Below, piece by piece: positions 50,601 through 62,573 of a stretch of DNA of 64,000 nt. Position numbers and translations under genes: made by a program. This stretch comes from a virus. The notes beneath the pieces are model-generated. The model had not been told where the DNA came from. It saw only the letters and a program-made list of their open reading frames with translations, and did no database searches. Location: IMG/VR virus record IMGVR_UViG_3300010392_000664, positions 29,005 through 93,004 of that record, one strand, 5' to 3'. Positions within the stretch are counted from its first letter, which is position 1. Each line of letters begins with the position of its first letter.

Positions 50601-51879
50601 TTAGGTTTCTAAATCAACTCTCCTCATTTTTTCTATGAGACTTGCATTCAACTCTTCCACAAATTCATTCCAAGCCAAAATGACTTGTTCCAAGGTAGCT
50701 GGCCGATCACCACCCATGCTAATGACCTTCAACATTTCTAATGCTGGAAGTGGCAAATCTTCGGATGTGCTTTCAGCTACTTTTTGGGCAGGAAGACCAA
50801 AAGTATGAATTCGATCTTCCTGATCCTGCCAAACCAATAGTGGACCGGCGTCACGCAAATCAGTGACGGGGCGAACTCCAGAAATTGGATCTTTTTTAAT
50901 ATCTGGTAACAACTCACTTCTCCTTTTTAATCAGAACTGTCGTATGAGTATGTGTGACCACATTTATCACACCTTACTGTGTGTAAACACCTACGCCTAT
51001 CTTCCGCTGGGCCAACTTCTTCATAATCATGATCACAACCAATTTTGACATAAATAATTGGTTCAGTGTAAATAACGGAATGATCGACCCTATTCAATTT
51101 CCACTTGCTCGGCCAGACCACTGCAATGGCATGTCCATTATACCACATGATCTCAGTATTTCTGTAACCCTCCACCAAATTTTCTTCACTTTTCCAAGTT
51201 TCCCCAATGAATCTCACCTGACGAAATGATCGAAAGTGAGGAACTTCAACTTTTGAAGAATGAATGTACTCATTCACATCGACGACCCGATAGGGCTGCG
51301 GTAAATCATTGTACCTTTTCAAATCGGTTATCCATTCCGGTTTTTTGAAATCCTTATCTGCAACACGCGTGAACCTATACATTAATTCAACTCCTCTCGT
51401 TTGATCGTTTGTTCCTTATGTGTCTTGATGATTATATGAGAAATGTCAAACACTAATCTGTCAGAAAACACACCGACGGATTTACTGATAAATCCCATGA
51501 CTCTCTTCAAATCAAATTTACTGTTTTGCAATGAAACTCTTTCAACACAATGAGCAAATTCCAAAACATTACTCAAGTACTCTTTGATGTCCTCTTCTGA
51601 AAATATTTTTTCGTATTTCGGAACCTTATCATAACAATACCGAAGAACGAGATTCGCTATACTGATTATTTCCTTCACAGGCAGTTCACATTCACCAGAA
51701 TACTCTTCTGGATCAAAAAGCATGCAAATGACCTTCCTCAACCAATCCTGACAAAACTCATCACCATCTTCCGCTTTTTTGAGAGCATCCTCCATGATCC
51801 TCCCACGACGACGATCCCCTGCCGGATCTTCAATGATTTGCATTTCGATTTTTCCTTTTATACTTTTTTCGGATTTCAT
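50601..51879 (-). CDS. three hypothetical genes (50601-50912, 50927-51382 with C-terminal Cys/His cluster, 51382-51879)
   Basis: Packed ORFs. Confidence 0.6.
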
Positions 51880-52795
51880 CAGCCAAAGCTATTTCTGAAT
51901 AGGAAAATAACTTCACAGGCATGTGGTTCCACGTCCTGTACGAACAAACCTCAGTTGATATAATGCCCTTCGCTTCTAGCAGATATACCATAATCGTAGT
52001 CAATGAAGTGTCAGCAATCACCTCGTTCACTGTACCCCACCCCTGAACGTCAGGATCTACCCCAGGAAGCCGATCGACCAATTCCTGGTGCCACAGTTCA
52101 AATATATCGGGTTTAGCCATAGCAACTCCACTAGGAGGTCTACAATCCGAGTTGCAGTAGATCTTTCTGTTATTTCTGAGATTTTCTATGGCAAACACTT
52201 TTCCACAAGTCACGCACTTTTTGGTTCTTAATTCTTCTCTTCGTCGTTTGATGACTGGGATAAGATTTTTGTTAACAAAAATCTTACCGTTTTTCTGAAT
52301 TGTTTCCCCCTCTTCTACCAATTCATGGAACATAGAAGACCCCATCTTTAAATTTTTACACACAACAGTCATCGGTAAACAATCAGCGGGTCTCCGTATC
52401 GTTTTCTTGCCATGAGCAGAAAGCACTTGACGCACCCTTTCACGGGTAATCCCAAACCAATCCCCCATCTCTTTCAGAGTGAATCCGGAGTCACACAATT
52501 CAAAAAGAACATCAAGCAGCTCACCTTTCCATACCTTATCACCTTCATGCACACCCCGTTTTTTTCCTACGAAATCTTTCTGAAGTGCCTGTTCAGCAGG
52601 GATTTTCCTTCTTAGCCTGCCAACCAGAGTTTTTCTTTTCACTCCCAAAATATCAGACCATTCCGTAAGTGTATGAGATTCCCCATTACAAGTGTACAAC
52701 TTCTCCGGTCGCCCCCTACCGACTTGAAATGGGAGGTCATCCTTCATGAATTTTTCTAAAGAATCACTCATAACAATAGGGTCATTCCTCCCCAA
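51830..52795 (-). CDS. multi-HTH DNA-binding protein with Zn ribbon
   Basis: GESHTLTEWSDILGV, sigma r4-like TLKEMGDWFGITRERVRQ, CVTCG...YCNSDCR. Confidence 0.72.
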   Translation of the reverse strand: MGRNDPIVMSDSLEKFMKDDLPFQVGRGRPEKLYTCNGESHTLTEWSDILGVKRKTLVGRLRRKIPAEQALQKDFVGKKRGVHEGDKVWKGELLDVLFELCDSGFTLKEMGDWFGITRERVRQVLSAHGKKTIRRPADCLPMTVVCKNLKMGSSMFHELVEEGETIQKNGKIFVNKNLIPVIKRRREELRTKKCVTCGKVFAIENLRNNRKIYCNSDCRPPSGVAMAKPDIFELWHQELVDRLPGVDPDVQGWGTVNEVIADTSLTTIMVYLLEAKGIISTEVCSYRTWNHMPVKLFSYSEIALADEIRKKYKRKNRNANH

Positions 52796-55700
52796 GGCTG
52801 TCTACAAGACCATTGTACACAACATTCATGAATTTCACAAGAAAATCCTGATCAATAAGATCATATGATAAAGATTTTTGAAAAATAGCAGTAAACCTGG
52901 CTATCGATTCTACATCACCTTTTTCAATCCCTTCAGTAATACCATCATGGATTTTCAAGGTTTCCGGCAAGTCATTACAAAATTTAGATTTAATGACTCC
53001 CGGAATGCGATCATCATCAATCACCGCTTTATTCGTTTTGATGACATGACCTCGGAATTCCTTTGCAAGATCCACTAAAACATCTTTTGGCGGTCCTTCT
53101 CCGCATGAGGCATCTGCCGCATTATATAGAAAAGATTTCATCCATAAAATTTCTGTGTCACTTGCTGGTCCGCGACTATATTGAATTTTATCAATCGCGG
53201 TTCGAATTTCTTTTAATCTGACCATTCTCTCTTTGTCATTCATAATTTCTCCCATAACCACTTAATCAGTACAGTCCACGCCAATACAACAGGAACGAGG
53301 ATTCTGATTTCCTAAATGAAATGAATTTCATGAACCCCATAATCATTTGCAACTTCCTCACAATCAAATCGCAAAGGACAGGATTCACTGTGAACGGACA
53401 CAGAATCACCGGATTCAAGTCTGTCGACTACGACAACCGACCACGGACTTTCCGCCGTTGTTTGATCATTATGAATGTAGGCCACTCGCTTCTTTACTTC
53501 ATTAGCCATTAGATTTTTCCTTAATCATACCAGATTACAGATCGCTGGGCTTTACTACCAAGGCTTCTATAATTAAGAGTAGTTGACTTTACATCAGCAT
53601 CTACTGTAAAACCAACTTTTCCATCTCCGTAGACGTAAACCCCTAATCTTGGTTTTTCAGGAATCTCAAAACCATCCTCGATTTTATCACTCCAGAAACA
53701 ATCCTTGGGATTGTAAGCAAAATCGTATCCGGAGTATGTAGTGTAAATTAATTTGCCATCCACATCTTTCTTTACTTCAACAATGATTTTAGATGTACCT
53801 GGAGTATCAACTCGGCACCAATAGTAACCGGGCTCCCCTGGTATGTTACTTTTCCGCATCACCATTTTGTTCATCTTTTCCTCGATTTTGCAAATTTCGA
53901 TTTAGGAAAACTGTGTAAATACATGCCAAACGAATGGGGGCATCTGAACGGTCCCTAGAAACCGGGTCATTTTGTAATACTCAAACGGATTTCCAGTACC
54001 GACTACCGCAAATTTCACAGGCTCAAGATCGGCATCCGGATTAACTGCAAACCACGCACACAAGATTCCATCTTGAACACCAACATGCAAGAACACTGAA
54101 TTCCTTGGAATCATAATCTCTTGCTCATCGGTAATTATAAGTTGGTACTTATAAATCTTTCTTGTCATCAATATTCTCCTCTTCGTCGTACCAGTGGATT
54201 TCGATGCCATCATGTTTAAGGCCATTCCCGGTGAAGCCGTCGAAGATTCCGGCTTCGCTTTTCATTTTGAATAAACCTCTAAATTCCGGTGCATTGACTG
54301 AGAATCCAGACCACTTCACCCCGTTCCGCACAAACCAGCACAGCCTCGGCTTCGGAGGCGGATCCGGGGTTTCCTCGACTGTTGCCCGAATTTTTTTATA
54401 CTTGCCGGGTTCAGGGACGAAGCCGAACATTTCTATACATTTATCTTCAGAAAAACTATAAATAGGATTACCGTATGCTATGGCACCTGAATTCTTAGAA
54501 AGAACTGGTAACTCAAAGTGAAGATTGCATGGTGCGGAGCAGTTATATCCATCCCGACTCACCCACAGTTCAAATACATGTTTACTCATAATGGATTTTC
54601 CCCAGGAATTAATTGCCAGCCCTCTTTATTAAATACCTGAACGCGACCACACCCAGCTACTGTACTGAATCCCTTTATTGTTACCTTGTCACTCATCACT
54701 ACCCCAAAACCAGATTTATCCACCATTTGAACATCCAGGATGTTTCCACCGGTAACGGGATATCCCTCCTCATCCACCACTTTCAGTTGAATTGTTTCCC
54801 CGTCCCGATCTAAAGCCAAATAAATTGGCTTTTCATGATCTTTTGATTCATCAAATGTGTAAATCTTTATTGTCATTCTTCTACAATACCTTTCATGATG
54901 ATTTTTTCCAGATGTTCTAAACGATCGTTCATTGATTTCATATCTGTATCAACGATTTTCAACCGTTCAGCACTCTTCACAATGAGATCAACATTATCAT
55001 GAATCAACGTGTTATGTTGGTAGATCTTTTTCTCAGTACCCTTAAGCTCGTCAGATAGTTTTTTCATTCGAACGCATACACCGGAGAGTGTCATCCACAA
55101 AATTGACATCCCTACCAGAACAGCCCCGCATGTAAATCCAAAAAACCACTGCATTTGTATTCCTTTCAGTATTCCTCGCCGTCGTTATCATCGTGCGGTC
55201 AGACCGATACGCCCTGAATTGCACATCCCGATTTAACCGTCGCCAAAACGACTCCGTCTCTATAGGCAGCACCGTCGCACAACTCAGATCGCTTTCCCGC
55301 TTCTTCGTCGATAACGCTTAAAAAGGCATCGCCACCGGTCACTAGCCCAAGTCTCTCTGGACACTCCAGCAAAACGTTTTCAAGTCTCTTGATCCATCCC
55401 CGCTCTTTTCTGGTAAGACGGGGAACTTTGATCTCGTCTTTGTACATGTAGTACGGCATTTTTTAACCCCTCGAATGCAGGTTGTTTAATTGTCATCCGG
55501 CTTTCAGTCCAACTGTTTTTTCGTTTTGCTGTCGGACCAGCATTCACCCACTAACTCCGTTGCGTCGTGGATATTCCGATTCGCTTTATGGTCATACCCA
55601 GCAGCAAAACCATCATAGTATGCCAAAAACAACTTCTCAGACTCCGTAAGTTTTCGTTCTTGCTTTCTCTCGAAGTAAAGCGGAGATTTGCACTCATTGC

Positions 55701-57186
55701 AGGTGGCTGAGCCCCAGCCAGATTGGCAGTGCCAAAACAAGTTATTGCTTCCGCATTCACTGCATTTTTTCATGCTCTCGACCTTCGAATGTTTAATTGT
55801 CATTACGTCTTAAGAGATTCTCTGGCCTTGTCGCAGTCGGAAATTGCCTTCGGGCAGACCTCTTTGACTTGTTCAAAAAGTCGCCGCAGTCCCGACTCGT
55901 GTGGCTTGAGATAATAAGACCCCAGGTTCTTGTAAAACGCCTCAATGAAATCATCGATCCCGTAGCCTGCCAAAGCGTCCAACGCCCGGATCTGCTCCTC
56001 GTCAAGCTCCAAAGTTGCATTGACTGTAACTTTGTGACGAATTTTGATTCCCATGATTCCCTCAATCGCAGGTTGTTTAGTTGTCATCGTGTTTTCAGTC
56101 GTACCAGATGACGCCTTTGTCGTTATCAAGGGGTGGTCCGTATGCCACTAACAATTTTCCGCACTCGGTTTCGACAACATATCTCCTGTCACTTTCCGCA
56201 AAAGGCAGCACCCCCACACGTGGTTTCGGCGGAAGTTCGATTGGTTCTGGGAGGCGGTCGGAGAATAGGGAATCGTCGCAAAAGTGCTCCAAGAACCTGA
56301 TAGGACTCCAGTCCACTCCTAGACGGCCCGCAAAATCACGCACCTCAATGACTTCCTGATACTCGTCCAGTTTGTGCCAGTACCACCCCGGTTCGGTCGG
56401 TACGTTATTCGGCTTCAGAATTAGTTGTTGCATTATTTCTCCTTGATTGCTGGATGAACCTTTGTCATCCGATGGTCATGTATTCATCTCGCAGCTTCGC
56501 GAGCTTCTCGTTTGCGAGGTCGATGATTGCTTGTCGCTCTGGAGTTGCGTCCTCTGAGTAGCAACTCACAAACCAAAGATCCGGCTCATTGCGGAACTTT
56601 CCACCAAAGCCTAGAACGCCTTGGAATCGGTATTCGCGACAGCCTTCCCAATCGTGCGTAAAGATAAAGTTCCGGCGATTGCCATCCAGAGCACCGCAAC
56701 ACTCGCAAAGGATGTCATATATTCTTCCGCCATATTCTTCGTGTATGAATTCAAATTTCATCAAACCGCTCAACCTACAAATGAACCTTTGATAACCTGA
56801 TTTCACGCTGGTTGGTACGGTTCTATGCAATAACGCCACGCAATTACGTTGCTTACTACTTTTGCCTCGAAGTCATCTCGACGAAATTTACCACCGATAT
56901 ATACGGCACGGCACGTCAGTCGGACGTTGTTTTCACACTGAAAGGTAATATCGATTGGTCTCGACGACTGAAATCTTCCTGTGTCATCCGGCAGATGCTT
57001 CTCGACCGGTATCCAACAGTCGTTCTCAGATTGATTAGTTGACTCCCTTTCCACCTTTGTTTTGGTAATTGAATACTCCCATGTGTCGTCTGAAGACTCG
57101 TGCCAAGTAGAATCATCAGAATCAAGAAATCCTTCCTCGTATGCCTTTTTCAAATCCGCCGCCGTAAATCGCTTCTCGTCACTCAT
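52782..57186 (-). CDS. run of ~14 small accessory hypothetical genes
   Basis: Contiguous 65-160 aa minus-strand ORFs, e.g. RKIYKYQL (53902), EPGWYW/EPGYYW (53521, 56095), WIPVEKHLP (56803). Confidence 0.65.
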
Positions 57187-57271
57187 AGTTCACTTTCCGT
57201 CCGACTTTGTGTCAAAAATCACCGGTCTCTTACCGGTAGCGGGATGCGTTGTTCAAAACAGAGTACTCCCT

Positions 57272-57277
57272 ATTATA
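57272..57277 (-). promoter_or_regulatory. -10 element for the leftward gene block
   Basis: TATAAT on the minus strand ~85 nt upstream of ATG 57186; no good -35. Confidence 0.35.
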
Positions 57278-57390
57278 CACCTACCACCTTGACTTTGTCG
57301 CAATATATTTCCAGAAAATAAAATTTCAATCAAAACAAAGATTTAGCAGGCGTAAGCCCGATTTCCTACTACCCTAAAATTTCCCCCCCA

Positions 57391-57660
57391 CAAAATTTTA
57401 GACCTACCAGTTATCAGAAAATTACTTATCCCCATTTCTATCCCCGTACTAGGCCGGTTTGCCCCTAGTCCCCTCAGTAATCAGGTAATAAGAAAGATGA
57501 TCGGATAGTGTAAAGAGTATTATTCTACGCCTAAAAAAATTCCCACCAAAAATTTTCAGATGTATCAGTTATCAGAAAATCAGTTATCATAATCCGTAAA
57601 ACATCATTTATCGTAAATGGAAAAAATTTGTGCCGTAAAATTTTCAGACGTATAAGTTGG
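57391..57660. repeat. three imperfect AT-rich direct repeats AAAATTTT(C)AGA..TA..AGTT(ATCAGAAAAT)
   Basis: Copies at ~57391, 57547 and 57636. Confidence 0.7.
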
Positions 57661-57736
57661 GGGTCGTGCCAAACTGTTGAATCAGTCAACAAACTTCAAA
57701 AGACCCCCACACCCCCCTATCCCCCCTACCTTAACA

Positions 57737-58359
57737 GTTGACTAGGTAACCGTTGCCCCAGTCACCTGTTGACCGGGTATCAGTTGACTGAGTCGCCGTT
57801 GACTAGGCCTACGTTGACCCGGTAACCCGTTGACTAGGTATATAGGTGATTGAGTCAACTGTTGACTGGGTAGCCTGTAGACCGGGTATACGTTGACCTA
57901 GTAGCCTGTTGCCTAGGTATACCCGTTGACTGAGTACGCTGTTGACTAAGATGACTGTTTACTAGGACAACTGTTGAGGCGGTCAACTTGTTGACTCAGT
58001 CATCTGTTGACTGGGTCGCGGTAGTTGACTGGGTATACTGGTGACTGAGTCACCTGCGGGGGCGGGTAGTTGACTAGGTAACCTGTTGACCGGGTATACT
58101 GTAGACTAAGACAACTGTTGACCTAGCTGACACGTTGAATCAGTCATCTTGTTGACTAAGACAACAGGTGACTAGGTAGCGTTTGTTGACCGGGTACACT
58201 GTTGACTCAGTCAACTACAAAGATAGATAGTTGACTAGGTCTACTGTTGACCGGGTACACGAGTTGAATCAGTCAACTTGTTGACTAGGTAGCCTGTAGA
58301 CCGGGTAAACCGTTGACTAGGTTTACTTGTTAACTCAGTCAACTGTTGACTAAGAAACA
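57737..58359. repeat. tandem array of 37 degenerate 15-bp palindromes GTTGAC-YNR-GTCAAC
   Basis: Counted by hand; units mostly 15-18 bp apart, e.g. perfect GTTGACTCAGTCAAC at 58201. Confidence 0.95.
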
Positions 58360-58668
58360 TATTGATTGGCACGGCAATTGCAGCATATTGCCAGCCTAGT
58401 CAACAAAGATCTTTTTTTTTAGTCAACTTTTCTAGATCTCGCGTATACGGGCCATATTGCCCCCTTACGGGCCAATTGATTAATCAGGTACTATGCTATT
58501 GCCCGCGAGTTGGGGGTTTAGGTAATATAGGGCGTTGACTAATATGACTTGGTACGAAAATTGCGGTTGTTGACTAGGTAACCGGTATCGGGCGGTATTG
58601 TTGACTAAGAAACTTTCTTTTTTTTTCGGGTTTTGTTGACTGGGACACCTTATTATTGTAGCTAGGGG

Positions 58669-58697
58669 TTGACAATTGCCGATACTAAACCTATAAT
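58669..58697 (+). promoter_or_regulatory. consensus sigma70 early promoter
   Basis: TTGACA-17 nt-TATAAT upstream of ATG 58760. Confidence 0.85.
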
Positions 58698-58759
58698 CAA
58701 TAGACCGATCGGTTGACGTCAACCGACAACCCGACAACCCAGTTGACTAGGAGAACCCG

Positions 58760-59930
58760 ATGATTTCCGCCTTTTTTACGTTGATCGGATTAGGATCAAC
58801 TCTTTTTTGCGTTGTTGTTGCCGGTCAACAATTGTACCGCAAAGGACTCAGTCAACTTGTTGACCTAGTATGGGCCGACATTGACGATACCCTAGTCAAC
58901 AAAAAGCCGACCGTTGACCAAGTATCAACTAGCCTACGTAGGGCAATCGACAATGCCCTAGTCAACGCTAAACCGCCGCAACTAGGCCAACTGGCCTGGA
59001 CGTTGGAAGAAGTTGACCAAGCAAACTAGCCGGTTGTTGACCAAGTACCCGATACCCAATACCCGAAAGATGACCGAGATGACAACCCAAAAACCCGACA
59101 ACCGACAACCCGTTGACGTACACGATCAACTAGTCAACGCAATCGGAAAAGTTGCCGAAGTCAACGATATTTCGCTACGTCAACTCCGTCAACAGTTGAT
59201 TACAATCGTCAACGGGTTGACGAACCTTGTTGACTGAGACCACAAACCCGAAAGATGACCGAGATGACAATAACCGACCTACTCGTAGCGTTGACTATAT
59301 TGACAACCCTTCCCGCGACCGTAGCGTTGTTGGTACGGGAAGATAACCGAGTCAACAATGACCCAGTCAACAACTTCCAATACCCGGGCCTGTTGACTGA
59401 GTCGCAACGCCTAGCCGAAACCGACTGTTGAACGAGTCAACGCTTGTAAAAGTTGACTCAATACCCAAACCCGAAAGGTGACCAAGATGACAACCGACAA
59501 CCCGACGACCCCATTGACCAAGTCAACCCTAGCCGAGGTGATCCGGTCAACAACGGCAAAGTTGACCCAGACACTATACGGAGATCAATTGATCGACGTA
59601 GCTACGTTGACCGAGGCACTTTTTGATATTGCCGATCGACTTGACCCAGTCAACTTCCCCGACCAGATGATTGAGTCAACAAAACCGGTTGTTGGCCTAG
59701 TCAACTCGGCTTACCAACATTACCCCGCTGCCTACGTCGACAACGGAGTTGACTGGTTATACGATATTGCCCTATCGGAAGATGACCTAGTCATCTTAGA
59801 GTTGTTGACCGGGTCAGGGGTTTTGCGGGCGGTCAATCGCCGTTGGGAAGGTGGCCTAGTCAACTTTGTTGACTGGGTACAAAAAGACCTCGACGCCCGC
59901 AATCGTCATCACAGTCAACAGCAAGCCTAG
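58760..59930 (+). CDS. four small early genes (58760-59029; ~59070-59237; 59255-59431, not in the ORF track; 59478-59930)
   Basis: First has a GGAG RBS; the others share an ACCCGAAAG(A/G)TGACC(G/A)AGATGAC start motif. Confidence 0.55.
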
Positions 59931-60100
59931 TCAACAGTTGACCGAGTACGCGGTTGCCCCGGTCAACAAATGACTGGGTCAACTGTGTACGGAGTCAACA
60001 GATGATTGAGTCAACAATGACCCAGTCAACAGATGACGCAGTCAACGTCAGCTCGGTCAACGGGCAAAAAGTTGACCAGGATGACTGTTGACTGAGGAGC
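59905..60100. repeat. second palindrome array (~12 units), opposite polarity
   Basis: Conserved half is now the right GTCAAC, e.g. GATGATTGAGTCAAC, GATGACGCAGTCAAC. Confidence 0.85.
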
Positions 60101-60215
60101 CACGAAAAATTTTCAACGGTCGGAAATTGACGGAGTCTACTGGCGGAAAAAAGATGAATCAGTCAACAACAACCCGATACCGTGAAACCCCTGACCTAGT
60201 CAACAATTGGCGGTT

Positions 60216-60300
60216 GTTGACTAAGAAACTTTTGAAAAAACCCGAAAATAATCGTTTTTCTTGTAACATTTCGCGTTGCAATTACGCTTAGCAATATAGG
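60216..60300 (+). promoter_or_regulatory. repeated promoter cassette, copy 1 (ECF-like)
   Basis: GTTGACTAAGAAACTTT..A-tract..GTAAC-17-CGCTTAGCAATATAGG. Confidence 0.65.
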
Positions 60301-60363
60301 CGACGGGTTGACAACAACCCGCAACGATACCCGATACCCAAAACCCGAAAAAGAAAGATACCG

Positions 60364-60564
60364 ATGGCCGATCAACGAGTATGGGACGAAATTGACGAAC
60401 AAGCACAAGCGGAAGGTTCCGGGCTCCGTCGGGCCTACCATAGCGTAGGCAGGCGACTGGGACGCAAAAACCTAGCCTATCACGACCGATCAACCGACCG
60501 ACAACAACAACCCCAGAAAAAGTACCCTAGCCTACTTGATCGACTAGAAACGGAAATCGGGTAG
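60364..60564 (+). CDS. small early protein
   Basis: AAAGAAAGATACCGATG start motif; followed by a 13-bp hairpin at 60571-60603. Confidence 0.6.
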   Translation: MADQRVWDEIDEQAQAEGSGLRRAYHSVGRRLGRKNLAYHDRSTDRQQQPQKKYPSLLDRLETEIG

Positions 60565-60917
60565 TCGGTGACCCGGTCAACGGTGTCGGGCCGTTGACCG
60601 GGTATATGGGTTTGCTAACCCCCTACCGATTTCCCCAGTCAACTATCAGACTTCTGATCCCAATACCCGACGATACCGACACCAATACCAACAACAACGA
60701 TACCCAGGCAACTATAGGCTAGGTCAACAATCCAAAACAAAGATAACCTAGTCAACAAGTACAATCAGTCACCAATTTACCTAGTATACAATACCCCTAG
60801 TCAACAATTTACTCAGTCAACTTCCCACAACCGCCGACTAGTGTTTTCCTGGTCAACCGGTTGTCATAGTCAACAGTCTCCTGATGTTTTCCCAGTCAAC
60901 TAAAAGAAAGATACCCG

Positions 60918-61055
60918 ATGAACTATTATTTCACAGGATTCGGTGACCTGCTCGATACCGAAAACACTGATAATTGGCAAGATGATGATAACGAGGAAAG
61001 CGAACTGCTTGATTCTGAAATAGAAGTACACCTCGATGATCTAGTCGACAGTTGA
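60918..61055 (+). CDS. 45-aa highly acidic peptide (not in the ORF track)
   Basis: Start motif AAAGAAAGATACCCGATG identical to that at 63688; MNYYFTGFGDLLDTENTDNWQDDDNEESELLDSEIEVHLDDLVDS. Confidence 0.6.
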   Translation: MNYYFTGFGDLLDTENTDNWQDDDNEESELLDSEIEVHLDDLVDS

Positions 61056-61099
61056 CTGAGTACGCGATTGTAAGTTGACCGAGTCTCCCTAAAAGAAAG

Positions 61100-61303
61100 A
61101 TGACTAAGATGACATACGCACTAGCACGATTATTAAAAGACGCACATCCCGAACAGAACCCCCGATATTACCCAAACTACTCTGGTCGAGGAATGTACGG
61201 TGAGTCAACTCTCGGACTCGTCGTCAACGACAAGCCTGCCGTTATCGCGAAACGGCATCGACTACGATACGACAACCTAGGGCTCCGATGGATATTGTAC
61301 TAA
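61100..61303 (+). CDS. small early protein
   Basis: YSGRGMYG...RYDNLGL motif; start motif present. Confidence 0.7.
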   Translation: MTKMTYALARLLKDAHPEQNPRYYPNYSGRGMYGESTLGLVVNDKPAVIAKRHRLRYDNLGLRWILY

Positions 61304-61337
61304 GTCAACAATCGGCGGTTGTTGACTAGGCTGACGA

Positions 61338-61422
61338 GTTGACTAAGAAACTTTGGAAAAAACGCCAAAAAAACACGTTTTTCTTGTAACATATCGCGAG
61401 TTTTTACGCTTAGCTATATAGG
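61338..61422 (+). promoter_or_regulatory. repeated promoter cassette, copy 2
   Basis: GTAAC-16-CGCTTAGCTATATAGG. Confidence 0.65.
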
Positions 61423-61465
61423 AAAACAACCGACAACCCGATACCCGAAAAAAGGAACCTGACCG

Positions 61466-62417
61466 ATGGATCCGAACGCCACAGTCAACGAAATCGAAAT
61501 TGCAATGGAAGACCAAGACTGGGAGCAGGCAAGGTATCTTGCCGAAGACCTGCTGACATGGCTCGACAACGGCGGGTTTCCCCCGTCAACAATGTCAGGA
61601 ACCGAAGCATACGCTTACGCTTCCTGGGTACTAGAACAATCGGATCAACGACTGTTGATGTTGACCCGGTAACGCGGTCGCAGTCAACAAAAGTCTCCTT
61701 ACCCAACAACCAAAAAAGGAACCCGACTATGTCACGCCGGTCAATGTTAGCCGAAAACATGTATGATGCCATCACCGAAATCATGGAAAAGGAAATTGAA
61801 GAACACGTAGAGGAATCGATCGACAACGTCGTGGAGGACGCAGTCAACTGCATCATTGAAGATAAACTGAGCGAATTGCGGGACGATTTGGAAAAAGAAA
61901 TTGAAGAGCAAGACCTACGGTCAGAATTGGACGATGCCATCAGTCACATCGAAAGGTTGACTGACCGAATCGAAAAATTGGAAAAAACCAAGGTGCCCTG
62001 GTATACACCAATCATCGACCGGATCCGTTGCCTCAGTCAACGGTGGCAAAACCGAAGAGTCTCCTGCTAATCGTCAACCAACAACCCGACAACCCCAAAC
62101 CGACAAAGGAAAACAAGATGACCAACAACACAAACATCACCGTCCCACACTTTGGATGCTCTTGGACCGACAGCATGACGAAACATCTCAAAAAGGAATG
62201 GTTTCGGCTACACTACGATGACTTTCAAACTTCGTTGACCGAGGCAATGCCGAGGATCTGCGAATCCTGGGGGGACTGGTACAAAGCCTATAAAATCGGC
62301 TGGGTACTCAGTCACCTTTTGAAAAGAGAGATGATCCGATTGGAGACCTACAATAACTGCATCGAAATCGTCGAACTATGGAAAACAACGAAAGAGTTGA
62401 CTGAGTCGCGGTTGTAA
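61466..62417 (+). CDS. three early genes (61466-61672 MDPNA..WL..GGFPP; 61729-62070 acidic coiled coil; 62118-62417)
   Basis: Each has an AAAGGAA RBS; starts corrected from the ORF track. Confidence 0.7.
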
Positions 62418-62447
62418 CGGTTGCCTCAGTCAACAGTCTCCTGAAAA

Positions 62448-62532
62448 GTTGACTAAGAAACTTTCGGAAAAATTGAAAAAAACATCAGATTTCCAGTAAC
62501 ATTTGCTGACTTTTTACGCTTAGCTATATAGG
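62448..62532 (+). promoter_or_regulatory. repeated promoter cassette, copy 3
   Basis: GTAAC-16-CGCTTAGCTATATAGG. Confidence 0.65.
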
Positions 62533-62573
62533 AAGCAGTAACAACAACCCGAAACCGACAAAGGAACCCGACA

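Noticed and set aside
1-57186. Alternative genetic code, diversity-generating retroelement, tRNAs, integrase
   Set aside because: Standard code gives full-length, tightly packed genes; no reverse transcriptase, TR/VR pair, cloverleaf or recombinase motif was recognised by eye.
57737-58359. CRISPR array
   Set aside because: Units are ~16 bp, degenerate and abutting, with no unique spacers and no cas genes.
57737-60100. Array as a simple cluster of HincII (GTYRAC) or Tth111I (GACNNNGTC) restriction sites, or as targets of the phage methyltransferase
   Set aside because: These matches do not explain the YNR centre or the 16-bp phasing, and MTase specificity cannot be read from the sequence; not supportable without methylome data.
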